Assembly: GCA_002104945.1 (NCBI GenBank)
Contig: MCFH01000059.1
Coordinates: 248,001 to 312,000 of the forward strand
From: Piromyces finnis finn
Taxonomy: Eukaryota > Fungi > Neocallimastigomycota
Length of the DNA: 64,000 bases
Direction: 5' to 3'
Of the stretch, positions 1-11,838 are shown in pieces. A program made the position numbers and the translations under genes. The notes under the pieces were generated by a model. The model was given only the letters and a program-made list of their open reading frames with translations. It ran no database searches and had not been told where the DNA came from. Numbering within the stretch: the stretch's first letter is position 1; each line of letters starts with the position of its first letter.

Positions 1-204
1 TTTAATTATTAAATAATAAATTTAGAATTCTTTTCTATTTCTTATTACCGATGGTTTAAATAAAATATAATTAGAAAAAAAAAAAAAAAAAAATACACAC
101 ATAGATAGAAGTATAAAGATATAAAAATAATTAATTATAGATTATTAAATAATATTAATAATGCTATTTACTCATTTATTTATTTTTAATAAAATTAAAT
201 AATT

Positions 205-3200
205 TTATTCATAAATAGCGGTATGTATTCCAATTGATTCTAAATATGAATTTAAAATATTAAAACTATTTGATATTGTTAACGAGGTTGTTGTAGAAGC
301 ATCACAACACACATCTAATGTAGTAAGAGAATGGCAAATATTACAAAATCTAATATCCATACTATCCGTATTATTTTTAAACATATCTTGTATTATGTTT
401 TCTACACCATGAGCTATTAACGCATCTTTTTCCATTTCTCCAATTCTTAACCCACCATTTTTTGATTTACCTTCAGTGGGTTGTTTACTAATAGCATTAA
501 TATTACCATTAATACGATAAAACATTTTTTCTTCAACTTGATGTTGTAAAGCCGTATAATAACAAACTCCAACAAATGCTGTTCCTGTACTCATTCCAGT
601 ACCAGGATCAATCATATTTTCTAAAACTGGAATATCACTTTCAAGATATTTTGTTTTGAAATTTTTTATATCGTTACTTTCAATGGAGGCATCAAAAAAG
701 GTTCCAAATCCATCTGGATCCATAACCATACATTTACCAACATACATTTCAATTAAATGACCAATGGTCATTCTTGATGGAACAGCATGTGGATTAACAA
801 TTATATCAGGTATTACACCATGTTCTGTTCGCGGCATTAATTCTTCAGGCAATATTGATCCAATTACACCTTTTTGTGCATAACGACTAGCAAATTTATC
901 ACCTTGTTGTGGTTTATATAAATGACTAACTTCTACACAACAAAAGCATACATCATCTTTAATAAATGTAGTACATCGATCAACTCTCACTGGTTTTCTG
1001 AAAATATTTTCTATATCTGTAACCTTATTTTGAATAAAATTATATTTTCGAAATATGGGTTCATTACTAAATGATGAGTTTTGAGCTATAGGGGTATTAG
1101 GTTTAGGTAATCCATTTTCATAATTTGAATTGATGTTTAATAATACTTCTTGTTTAATATTATATGAAATATATTGATATCTACATTTCACATTACTAAA
1201 TAATCCATTTTGTATACTGTTCTCGTTAAAAATAACACTATCTTCTTGATTATTTCCCATTGCCATAATAGCAACTATAGCATTTTGTCCACCAAATCTA
1301 TGATATGTATTACCTGTTGTTATCAATTTATTTTCATCCTTTTCAATATTAATATTTGAAAGTATTCCAATACGTTTTCTGAATTCTTCATTATTTAATG
1401 AAATATTCTTTTCCAATTTATAATTATTTGATAAGTTTTTTAAATTAATATCATTAATTTCAGAATTATTTATTTCTTTTTTTTTCATATTGATTTTTAA
1501 ATCATCATTTTCATCGACTAAATTAAAAAATAATTCACTATTTAAATTACCATTAAAATTATTATTTAGTATATTTAGTGAATGATAATTACATAGTCTT
1601 CGTGATAAAATAGATTCCAACCTTGTCATACAGAAAGGACGTTGAGCATTAATTAATTTTCTTGAATTATCATTGTATCGGAATATTGTGCTATCATTAG
1701 TCATACATTGTTTAGTCATACCGGCTTGGAAGGTAAGTCTTGGTACATGACTATTCCCAGGAAATGGTGAAAGTGCACTAATTAAACCAAAAACAAAATT
1801 AGGATCTATTTCTTCATACTTGTATTCAACATTACATTTATACTCAGCAATATCAATAAATCTAATACCTATTTCAATATTATTTTTTATAACTTTAATT
1901 GGTCTTACAATTCTTCCTTCGTCTGTAAATATATAATATGCAACCTCGTCAAATAAACAACTGATAAATGGATATTTCAATTTTAATTCTTTATATGTAT
2001 ACTCCACTAAGTCATTAGTTGTAAATCCAATAAATCTTGTGTTAAGTAAAACTGGGTATTCTTTTTTTTCCTTTGAATAAGTCATATTATCATAAACAAA
2101 TTGCTTTAATACTTCTTTATCTATTGAGAAATCCGGTGCTACTAAAACGGATAATCCAAAATATTTTACAAGTCCAACATCCTTTGATTCTGGTGTTTCG
2201 AAAGGGCAAAAATAACCATAATCATAAGACATTCGTAATTCATTGTTTTCACTTTCCTTATTAATAGGAATTTGGACTCTTCGCAAATGTGACAATTTAT
2301 CATAATAAGAACGTTTACTAAGAGTTTGTATTGCTATTGCTGAATAATCTCTAAAATAGGATCGAACATTTCCAACTTTAATATTATTATACAATTTAAA
2401 ATTTAATTCATTAACAAATTTATTTAAAGGTAAATTCTTATTTTCCATCGTAAAATATTTTATGAAACGAGATAGAGAATATGGAAAAGTATCTATACGA
2501 TTATTATAATGCTTTTTTTGATTATTAAATAATGCTCTCGCCATTGTTAAATATGTAAAAAATTTAGTATTATTATTTTCTTCATTTGAATGCAGTGAAT
2601 CAGGAGGAAAATAACTATCAATAATTTTATTAATAATTGATAATATTTTTTCTTTCGACTCTTTTCTACGAGATATAATAATGTCAAGAGTTTCATCAGG
2701 GAATAATTCTGGAATAATAATTTCGATATTTTCAGGTATATTATTCCCAAGAACAGTAGAAATAATACATTCTTTAATTTTTTCTAGAGGAAGTTCTGGT
2801 TTTAAATAATGAAGAATATATAACAATGAAACATTTTGTTTTTCAATTGATTTAATACCCTTAATTCTTAATAGTTGAAAAAATAATGAAAAATAAATTC
2901 TTATATCTAAATAAACATGTCTCTTGAATTTCAAAAGTTTATTTTTACGATCTTTATTAGAAAAAGTATAGTTAACTTCTATATTAGTATGTTCATTTTT
3001 AGAGTTAGAAGAACTTTTATTATTTATAACTCTTTTTAAATATTCTATATACTTGTAATCAGAAAACATTTGAAGTGATTGAAATTTTCCATATGTATTA
3101 CATTCCTTATATTCTATAAAATCATCTTCATAAACAAAACAAGGTGTACAAAAAATTTCTTGTGATATAATAACTTTTTCAACACCATCAATTATAAAGA

Positions 3201-3450
3201 TTCCATTAATTGGTGAAGGTATTTTTATTTCATATTGACCATGTTTAAACGAAATGTAATAATATCCCTTCTGTATCATTAAATTATTATAATTTACATC
3301 TGGTATGGATATTGTTAAAGGCTTTAAATCAGGAACATTATTTTCTAAAAAATCTTTTATATCATTTACCTTTTTAATAAATAACTTGTCAATATTAGCA
3401 AAAATATTATATTTATCAATAAACTTTTCTAAATAAGTTGAATTTAACAT
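205..3450 (-). CDS. DNA-directed RNA polymerase second-largest subunit (Rpb2/beta-like), intronless and highly divergent
   Basis: Uninterrupted 1081-aa ORF. It has the Rpb2 motifs SHLRR, CPFETPESKDVGLVK, NQEDS, GDKFASRYAQKG, PDIIVNPHAVPSRMTIG, LQHQV, QPTEGKSKNGGLRIGEMEKD and a C-terminal Cys cluster (CNIC...CC). Confidence 0.93.
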   Translation of the reverse strand: MLNSTYLEKFIDKYNIFANIDKLFIKKVNDIKDFLENNVPDLKPLTISIPDVNYNNLMIQKGYYYISFKHGQYEIKIPSPINGIFIIDGVEKVIISQEIFCTPCFVYEDDFIEYKECNTYGKFQSLQMFSDYKYIEYLKRVINNKSSSNSKNEHTNIEVNYTFSNKDRKNKLLKFKRHVYLDIRIYFSLFFQLLRIKGIKSIEKQNVSLLYILHYLKPELPLEKIKECIISTVLGNNIPENIEIIIPELFPDETLDIIISRRKESKEKILSIINKIIDSYFPPDSLHSNEENNNTKFFTYLTMARALFNNQKKHYNNRIDTFPYSLSRFIKYFTMENKNLPLNKFVNELNFKLYNNIKVGNVRSYFRDYSAIAIQTLSKRSYYDKLSHLRRVQIPINKESENNELRMSYDYGYFCPFETPESKDVGLVKYFGLSVLVAPDFSIDKEVLKQFVYDNMTYSKEKKEYPVLLNTRFIGFTTNDLVEYTYKELKLKYPFISCLFDEVAYYIFTDEGRIVRPIKVIKNNIEIGIRFIDIAEYKCNVEYKYEEIDPNFVFGLISALSPFPGNSHVPRLTFQAGMTKQCMTNDSTIFRYNDNSRKLINAQRPFCMTRLESILSRRLCNYHSLNILNNNFNGNLNSELFFNLVDENDDLKINMKKKEINNSEINDINLKNLSNNYKLEKNISLNNEEFRKRIGILSNINIEKDENKLITTGNTYHRFGGQNAIVAIMAMGNNQEDSVIFNENSIQNGLFSNVKCRYQYISYNIKQEVLLNINSNYENGLPKPNTPIAQNSSFSNEPIFRKYNFIQNKVTDIENIFRKPVRVDRCTTFIKDDVCFCCVEVSHLYKPQQGDKFASRYAQKGVIGSILPEELMPRTEHGVIPDIIVNPHAVPSRMTIGHLIEMYVGKCMVMDPDGFGTFFDASIESNDIKNFKTKYLESDIPVLENMIDPGTGMSTGTAFVGVCYYTALQHQVEEKMFYRINGNINAISKQPTEGKSKNGGLRIGEMEKDALIAHGVENIIQDMFKNNTDSMDIRFCNICHSLTTLDVCCDASTTTSLTISNSFNILNSYLESIGIHTAIYE

Positions 3451-3519
3451 TTAAAATTACTTTATTTATATTCTAAACATATATAGGTAATTCAATTAAT
3501 AAAAAAAAAAAATTTATGG

Positions 3520-3832
<313 letters not shown>

Positions 3833-3966
3833 TATTGTTTTGTGATAAATTTTATTATTAAAGTTTATTTATATAGAAATATAAATAGGCAATTACATCA
3901 AAATTACTATTTAATAATTATTAATTAATTATTGAATAATTTAAAGATATATTTTATATCTTTACA
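3833..3966 (-). mobile_element. Two adjacent LTR fragments: Copia-3-type LTR end (about 3833-3900) and family-B Gypsy LTR start (about 3905-3966)
   Basis: tgtgataaattttattattaaagtttatttatat matches 33553 and 50762. taaagatatattttatatctttaca is the reverse complement of the family-B LTR start. Confidence 0.75.
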
Positions 3967-4434
3967 AAAACCTTCATGAAATTTTTCAAATATTGAATAT
4001 TATGAAGAAGATAAACATGATAATGTAAGTTTCGATGAATTAAGGAAAATGTATGATAAAGACTTTTCTAGTTTCGAAAAAATAAATAATCACAATAAAA
4101 AGGAAGAATTTACTAATGCTAAAAATCCTCAAGAATTTCAATTAAATAACTTTGAATACGATGCATTAAAAAATAAAACTGTATGGACTTTTGACACTGG
4201 AGCATCGGAACATATAACTTGCAACAAAGATATTCTTGTTAATTTTATCGAAAAAGAAATCAAAATGAAGTGTGCAAATAATACATTATGCAAATTTTCA
4301 GGATACGGTTCTTATATTGGAACAATTAATAATAAAAGAATTATCTTAAATAATGTTTTCCACTCTGATCAAATCAAAAAGAATTTTTTAAGTGGAATTA
4401 AATTAGCTAAAAATGGAATTATAAACAATATTAC

Positions 4435-7400
4435 TGTAAAGAAATGTGTCTTTAACAATAAAACAAATTATAATATTTACTAAATAACTTAGTAATATTA
4501 ACACTTTAAAATATTCTGTAAATTATTAATTTATAAAAATATCATTAAAAACACATAGAATTTAACTTAATAAGTTAGTGTTTAATAATATAATTATTTA
4601 TTAATAAAATCTCGATTCTTTAAAATATTTGGGAAAATTCACTCGTATTTATACTAAAAATTTTTTAAATTAATTTATAAAATTTTTTCAACTTAAAATT
4701 CTTAACCAATCAATAATCTTCATATAAAATAAAATTTAAAAATAAAATAAAATAAAATAAAATTATAATTTTTTTAAAATAGTATCTATGAGGTCTCGAA
4801 CTAGTGTCATTCAGACTCAAAGTCTTAGCTACTAACCACTAAGACAATTTAGTTATTTCTAGTATTCGTTACATGGTCCTCCTCCAGGATTCGGATACCA
4901 GACGAATCTAGAATTTTAATATTTAAATATATGTTTTTCTTTTTTAATAAACTAAACTAAGGAGTGAATTTTCTTAATTATAAAAATACATTTAATATAA
5001 TAAAATACTTTTTTTTTTTTTTTAATATTACTAAAGTTAAAAATAAAATATTGATAAATTTGATATTAATAAATTGTTTAATAATAAAATTGATATTGAT
5101 AATGATATTAATAAGTTTTGATAATAATAATAATTGTGATTTTAATATTAATAATAAATATAATTTGAATTTTTTAACTATTTTTTATTTCTTTCTATTA
5201 AATTTTTTAAGTAGCCCCTTGCAATTTAGATTTTCTTCAGGCTCCCACGAAGCTTCATTGATTGAATACCCTTTCCATTTAATCAGGTATTGTATTTTTC
5301 CGTAATGTCTTCTTTTATCCAGAATTTCTTCAACTTCGTATTCTTCTTTATTGTCAACGGTAATAGGTGGCGGTGGTGGTTGAGATCTTCCAAATTTATC
5401 TTCGACATATTTCTCGAGATTGGATACATGAATAACTGGATGAATCTTAATAGATTTTGGGAGACTTAATTTAAATGTAACATTTGATATTTTTTCCAAG
5501 ATTTTGTATGGGCCGAGTTTTCTTGGCTTAAATTTTTTATTTCCTTTGTGGATAATTAAAGAACTATCCAGCCAAACTTTGTCACCAACTTTAAAATTCG
5601 GAGCTTCTTTTCTACGTTTGTCAGCATGCTTCTTCTGGGTTTCCATGGCAGATTTTAAATTTTCTTTTAAGGTATTAATTAAAGTTTTAAAATCTCTTGT
5701 AAACTCTTCTGCTCTTGGGACTTTAGATAGGTCTGGAATAACTGGTGAATATTTTGGATGAAAGCCGTAATTCAAAAAGAATGGAGAAAATTTGGATGAT
5801 TCTTGAACCACGTTGTTATAACTAAATTCTGCAAGACTAAGAAAACTTTTCCAATTTGAACCTTTATAATTTGAGAAACATCTTAAATATTGTTCTATAA
5901 CGGAGTTCACCCTCTCCGTCTGACCGTTTGATTGATGATGAAATGGAGTAGACAACTTAAGTTCAATGCCAAGGGAGGAACAGATGGATTGGAAGAATTT
6001 AGAGGTAAATTGAGAACCTCTATCCGAGACAATAGATTCAGGTAGGCCATGAAGACGGAAAATATTATCAATAAAGGCTGTGGCTGTTTCGGCGGCGGAA
6101 GGAATACTTTTGAACGGAATGAGATGAACCATTTTTGTAAGACGATCAACAACAAGAATGCAAGTGAAACCAGAAGATGAAGGCAAATCTGTAATGAAAT
6201 CCATTGAAATGGATGACCAAGGACGCTCAGCAATATCAAGAGGATTCAGAAGACCATAAGGTTTATGACGAAAGGTTTTTGAACGACAACAAACTTCACA
6301 AGAACGAACGTAGTCTTTAACATCAGAAGAAATAGAAGGCCACCAGAAGTCTCTAGCAATAAGAGAAGATGTTTTCTTTATTCCGAAATGACCAGCTGAA
6401 GGAGAGTCGTGACAGAGTTTAAGAATTGAAAGACGACAATTAGGAGGAACATAGATTCTGTCAGTAAAAAGGAGAAAACTATTGCTTAAGGAAAATTTGT
6501 CAATTTGAGGGTGAGGTATTGGAGGTTTCCTACAATCAAGATATTCACAGGTTTTATTGTAAAAGTCATCATTTATATATTCGGAAAGAAAAGAATCACT
6601 AATGGACGAAACAGAAGTCACAATGGCACAAAAGTTTTCAGGGCGAAGAACATTAAAAGGAACATCAGAAGAGGAATTCGAATTGATAGCATAATCAGGA
6701 CGACGAGATAGGGCATCAGGCTTACCGTTAGAAGAACCAGAACGATAAATAATAACAAAGTTAAATTCAGAGAGAAACAAAGCCCAGCGAACAAGACGTT
6801 GAGACATTTTTTCAGGTTTCTTTTGATAGAGTAAATTTCGATGATCCGAGTAAATCTTAAAAGTAGAAGAAGAGCCTTTAAGTAGATGACGCCATGTTTC
6901 AAGAGCAGCAACGATAGCTAAGAGCTCTTTATCATATATTGGATAATTACGTTCAGGACCAGTAAGAGAGCGAGAAAAGAAAGCAACTGGATGTGTCATA
7001 TTATCAATTGGAGAGACTTGCGAGAGAATAGCACCAATGGCAAAGTTACTTGAATCAGTTTCGACTATGAACGGAAGTTCACGATTAGGAAATATAAGAA
7101 CAGGAGCAGAAACAAATAAGGACTTGAGTGAATCGAAAGCATCTTGAGCTTCTTTAGACCATACAAATTTAACATTTTTCTTCAAAAGTTTATGCAAAGG
7201 ATGAGCGATCTTTGCAAAATTTGGAATAAATCGACGGTAGTAGTTCGCAAGACCAAGAAAAGATTGAACCTCTTTAACATTAGATGGAGTAGGCCAGTTT
7301 AAAATAGAAGAAACTTTATTTGGGTCCATGTGAATACCATCAGTAGAAATCCTATGACCAAGGAAATCAATAAAAGAAACAAAAAACTCGCATTTTTCCA

Positions 7401-10400
7401 ATTTAGCATAGAGCCCAGTATCCCTCAGGAGTTTCAAAACAGTTTTGACATGAGAAATATGAGATTTATAATCCGAGGAAAAAATAATAATATCATCTAT
7501 GTAAGAGAAAGCGAATTTACCAAGAACGTCTTCAAGAACATCATTAATGAAATGTTGAAAAACAGCAGGTGCATTTTTCAACCCAAAAGGCATCACGCAG
7601 TATTCAAAATGACCTAACTTGCAAGTAAAAGCGGTTTTATATTCATCACCACTTTTAATCCTGACCAAGTTATAGGCAGAACGAAGATCCAATTTTGAGA
7701 AAATCTTCCCTTTTCCAAGATGTTCAAGCATATCTTGTATAAGAGGAAGGGGATAAGAATCACGAATAGTTATGGAGTTTAATTGGCGATAGTCAACACA
7801 CATACGAAGTTGACCGTTTTTCTTAGGTACAAACAGAATAGGAGCTCCCGCAGGCGATTTTGATTTTCTAATAAATCCTTTCTTGAGATTTTCTTTTATA
7901 TATTCTTCTAAAGCAATTGATTCGGTTTCTGTTAAGGGATAAATCGGTCCATAAAACAGTTTTGAATTTTCTTTGAGTTTTATTTCACAATCGTATGGAC
8001 GGTGTGGAGGAAGTTTTTCAGCATTAGATTCATTGAAGACATCAGCAAAGTCAGAGAGAACATCCGGAAGTATAATAGAAGAATTGGGTTCTGATTTAGA
8101 GTTTGAATCGGATTTGAGAATAGAATTGGAATGAATATTAGAATCAGAAAAAGAAGTCAAAACAGAAGTTGGTTCTTGATTTGAGAGAGACGAAGTAGAA
8201 AAGTTAACAGAAGACTTCTTAGAAACAGAATTGTTAATATTTTTTGAAGAACCCGAACAGAGAATAGTACAAGTACGATTAGTTTCGTTTTGAGATTGGA
8301 TGTTTTGTTTATCGACAAATATAGGGTAAGCGAATGAATCATGCGGAGGTTCGTAGGAAGGATCTTCCATTGCAGGAAAAGCAGATCTTTCTTCAGGAAA
8401 TTCAGAGACATTATTGGAGAGTGTTATACAACGATTATAACAGTAATCGGATACAAATGAAATTTTGTTCTTTGTGAAATCGATAGAAGGATTGTGTTCT
8501 TTAAGCCAGTCTATTCCAAGAATACAAGGATAATAAGGTAGATCAGTTACATAGAATTGTGTTCGACAGAGATGATCTTTGTAGCGAAGATTCAAAGGAG
8601 ATGTAATTCCAAAAAGAGATTGTCGACCACCGATACCAACGATATTTGGGAGGTTACCATCATCATGATAAGGAATGTTATTATCGTTACAGTAATCTAC
8701 ATCAATTAAATTAAGTTTGGATCCTGAGTCAATAAGAATATCCGTATTTAGTTCATAAGAAAGTTTAAATTTAGTTGTCATTTTATTATGAGTTTTGTTT
8801 TCTTCTTTAGGAGCGGATATAAGTGTGGGAATAGATATTAGTGAAGGATTTTCACGATCTTTATTCTTTCTTTTTGGACAATTATTAAGCTTATGACTTG
8901 AAGCACCACAATACACACAAAGATTTTCTTTCTTTCTTCTTTCCTTTTCTTCGTTTGAGATAGGGCCATGGTTATTCCTGTTTGTAATGGACTTTGTTAT
9001 TTTTGAAGAGTGATGAAAAGATCTTTTCTTTCGGTTTTGGTCATTGTTTGAACCAGAAGGGAAAAAGGTATGGTGTGTAGATAATCTTGAATCGATTCTT
9101 GAAGCAATAGTCTGTAATGAAAGAAGATCCCTAGGACCCGGAAACATTTCCAAAATACGAACTGCAACTTGTTGATTAAGGCCAGCTATAAATGCATCCA
9201 TTTTGGCTTGTTCATTCCAGTTTGATTCATCAGCATAGCGGTTAAATTCCAAGATATAGCCTCTAATTCCTCCTAATCGGCGTTGTTTTAAGGTTCTAAG
9301 CATTTGATTTGCAACATAGGTAGCATCGTTATAACCATAAAAAGCCTTAAATCTGTCAACAAAATCTTGGTAGTTATTAAGACACGGATCATGGTTGTTT
9401 ATAAGAGTAGCAGCCCAATTCATAGCGTTCCCATAAAGTCTTGATATTATATAGAGAATTTTGGTTGCGTCGTCTTGATACCGTTCAGGATATAGCATAA
9501 ACACTAGCTCCACCTTAGCTAAGAAACCCTTCAAATACCTGCGATCCCCTGCAAAACCATCCTTAAGAGTTGCGTTTTCGAAAATATTATTATTATCCAT
9601 GTGGTTGTTTTCGTTCTCTTCCATAGTACTTATGATGTTTTCTTTAATAAGCTTTAATAAATTTGTAAAAATAATAGAATAAAGTATTTAATTATATTTA
9701 TTAATTGAGTAAATCTTTTTATTAAATAATAATATAAACCAGATTATATAGTGTTAAACCATCAAATATATAACCTGTTTTATTCTTTATAATAAGTCCT
9801 TCGTAGCTCTTCACGATAACACGTATAAAGTCGATTGTTAATATTAATTAAATTAATAAAAGAAAGGAACGGTGTAAAAATTTTTTTTTTAGTGTCTAAC
9901 TTATTGTTAGCAATAAAAATTATTACAGGTTTTCTTTCCCTATATCAACCTTATCCGAACGTAGAAGTATTATGTATAAGAGTTTAACTTCTCACGCTAA
10001 AGGAGTTATAAAGAATATTATTTTATATTATTACAATTTTAATAAATTGTCTTAACAATTAATAATTATAATTAAAAATTAGAAATTGTTTTATTAGAAA
10101 ACTTAATTTTAAAATGTATTAAGAAATATTATTTTATTAAAGTAAGGCATTTCCGGCTATTTTCCGGTCTATAATCAAACAGCAAAAGATAGTATACAAC
10201 TATAAATCTCACGCCAGCTTGCTTATTACAGCGTCTTGTACGTGGTGTACCTCGGATTCTCCTACTTCCTTATTCAAAGTAGAATAGCTCAGAGCCTGCC
10301 AACCCAATTATTGTACAGGTTAAACTCGATCCCGTTAATCTTTTACTTTTTATAGTTTGAATTATATACCGCTTCTAAAGCGTACTAATTCTACTACTTT

Positions 10401-10952
10401 AAGTAAAAATATTTCTTTAAAGAAAAGCTTCAACAATAAAACTTAAAAGTTTTATCTATAACAATTTCTTAAACACTAAGGTATTAAGCTTTTATATTAT
10501 AAGGAGATTTTATTGTAAAGAAATGTGTCTTTAACAATAAAACAAATTATAATATTTACTAAATAACTTAGTAATATTAACACTTTAAAATATTCTGTAA
10601 ATTATTAATTTATAAAAATATCATTAAAAACACATAGAATTTAACTTAATAAGTTAGTGTTTAATAATATAATTATTTATTAATAAAATCTCGATTCTTT
10701 AAAATATTTGGGAAAATTCACTCGTATTTATACTAAAAATTTTTTAAATTAATTTATAAAATTTTTTCAACTTAAAATTCTTAACCAATCAATAATCTTC
10801 ATATAAAATAAAATTTAAAAATAAAATAAAATAAAATAAAATTATAATTTTTTTAAAATAGTATCTATGAGGTCTCGAACTAGTGTCATTCAGACTCAAA
10901 GTCTTAGCTACTAACCACTAAGACAATTTAGTTATTTCTAGTATTCGTTACA
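4435..10952 (-). mobile_element. Gypsy A: full-length Ty3/Gypsy chromovirus, apparently intact
   Basis: 439-bp LTRs at 4435-4873 and 10514-10952, identical by eye, with TG...CA ends. TSD ATTAC at 4430-4434 and 10953-10957. PPT GGAGGAGGACCA lies next to the 3' LTR. Confidence 0.97.
5185..9624 (-). CDS. Gag-Pol polyprotein of Gypsy A (Gag, CCHC knuckle, protease, RT, RNase H, integrase, chromodomain)
   Basis: 1479 aa with [28 protein letters not shown]-like [16 protein letters not shown] integrase, GPY motif and chromodomain EEYEVEEIL...KWKGY...SWEP. Confidence 0.97.
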   Translation of the reverse strand: MEENENNHMDNNNIFENATLKDGFAGDRRYLKGFLAKVELVFMLYPERYQDDATKILYIISRLYGNAMNWAATLINNHDPCLNNYQDFVDRFKAFYGYNDATYVANQMLRTLKQRRLGGIRGYILEFNRYADESNWNEQAKMDAFIAGLNQQVAVRILEMFPGPRDLLSLQTIASRIDSRLSTHHTFFPSGSNNDQNRKKRSFHHSSKITKSITNRNNHGPISNEEKERRKKENLCVYCGASSHKLNNCPKRKNKDRENPSLISIPTLISAPKEENKTHNKMTTKFKLSYELNTDILIDSGSKLNLIDVDYCNDNNIPYHDDGNLPNIVGIGGRQSLFGITSPLNLRYKDHLCRTQFYVTDLPYYPCILGIDWLKEHNPSIDFTKNKISFVSDYCYNRCITLSNNVSEFPEERSAFPAMEDPSYEPPHDSFAYPIFVDKQNIQSQNETNRTCTILCSGSSKNINNSVSKKSSVNFSTSSLSNQEPTSVLTSFSDSNIHSNSILKSDSNSKSEPNSSIILPDVLSDFADVFNESNAEKLPPHRPYDCEIKLKENSKLFYGPIYPLTETESIALEEYIKENLKKGFIRKSKSPAGAPILFVPKKNGQLRMCVDYRQLNSITIRDSYPLPLIQDMLEHLGKGKIFSKLDLRSAYNLVRIKSGDEYKTAFTCKLGHFEYCVMPFGLKNAPAVFQHFINDVLEDVLGKFAFSYIDDIIIFSSDYKSHISHVKTVLKLLRDTGLYAKLEKCEFFVSFIDFLGHRISTDGIHMDPNKVSSILNWPTPSNVKEVQSFLGLANYYRRFIPNFAKIAHPLHKLLKKNVKFVWSKEAQDAFDSLKSLFVSAPVLIFPNRELPFIVETDSSNFAIGAILSQVSPIDNMTHPVAFFSRSLTGPERNYPIYDKELLAIVAALETWRHLLKGSSSTFKIYSDHRNLLYQKKPEKMSQRLVRWALFLSEFNFVIIYRSGSSNGKPDALSRRPDYAINSNSSSDVPFNVLRPENFCAIVTSVSSISDSFLSEYINDDFYNKTCEYLDCRKPPIPHPQIDKFSLSNSFLLFTDRIYVPPNCRLSILKLCHDSPSAGHFGIKKTSSLIARDFWWPSISSDVKDYVRSCEVCCRSKTFRHKPYGLLNPLDIAERPWSSISMDFITDLPSSSGFTCILVVDRLTKMVHLIPFKSIPSAAETATAFIDNIFRLHGLPESIVSDRGSQFTSKFFQSICSSLGIELKLSTPFHHQSNGQTERVNSVIEQYLRCFSNYKGSNWKSFLSLAEFSYNNVVQESSKFSPFFLNYGFHPKYSPVIPDLSKVPRAEEFTRDFKTLINTLKENLKSAMETQKKHADKRRKEAPNFKVGDKVWLDSSLIIHKGNKKFKPRKLGPYKILEKISNVTFKLSLPKSIKIHPVIHVSNLEKYVEDKFGRSQPPPPPITVDNKEEYEVEEILDKRRHYGKIQYLIKWKGYSINEASWEPEENLNCKGLLKKFNRKK

Positions 10953-11838
10953 ATTACTGAAAAAAGGAATAATGCCTATTTAAGTTTAAAAATAAAAAAT
11001 AAAAATAAAAATAATAACAAATTTATTGGAAGATTTAAAGCGAATGAAAACAATATTATACAAATTGTGTCAAAGAATATAAATACTTCAAAATTATGTA
11101 TTTCAAGTATACAACAAAATAATTCATCAAAACTAAATGATGAAAGTAAGTTATTATGGCATCGTAGGTTGGGACATTTTTATCATGACAACCTAGAAAA
11201 ATATTTAGAAGTACATAATATTAAGCCAATCAAATGTTTATACTGCAATATTGCTAAAATAAATAGGAAACCACATAATGATAATACTCCAAAAGCTACC
11301 CAAGTATTAGAAGTTATTCATTCAGATGTCATGGGCTCTATTGAAGAATCAATTACTGGAAAGAAATATATTCTTACTTTTATTGATGAATTTTCAAGGA
11401 AAAGTTGGATTTTCTTATTAAGAGACAAAAAGGAAATAACAAAAACAACAATTAATTTTCTCACATATTTAAATAATCGCTTTAGGAAAAACATTAAAGT
11501 TTTCAGAACAGATCAAGGAACTGAATATAACAATGATAAAATCAAAAATTACTTCTTAAAGAAAGGTATTACTAAAATTTTTTCTCCACCTCATAACCCA
11601 GAAAATAATGGAATTGCCGAACGATTTAACAGAACTTTAGTTAATTGTGGGAAAACTCTACTAAAATGGGCTAGAGTTAATACAAATTTCTGGGACTATG
11701 TTACTAGATATGCAAACATTTTATACGACATGGCTTCGCATAAAGGTATAAAAAACAAAATTCCAGATGAGGTATTTTATAATAAAAAAGTAATTTTAAA
11801 ATATATTCTTACTTTTATAATAAATTTTAACTATTTTA

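Larger units (their letters stand above)
3967..11815 (+). pseudogene. Ty1/Copia internal fragment (Copia-1: protease, GAG-pre-integrase, integrase core), split by Gypsy A
   Basis: Protease WTFDTGASEH (4049-4434). After the insertion the frame resumes at 10958 with LWHRRLGH, HSDVMG, FIDEFSRKSW, RTDQG and NGIAERFNRTL. Nearly identical to 49159-49704. Confidence 0.9.

Noticed and set aside
4787-4846. Functional tRNA-Gln gene
   Set aside because: The acceptor and T stems do not pair, so it is reported only as a tRNA-derived module.
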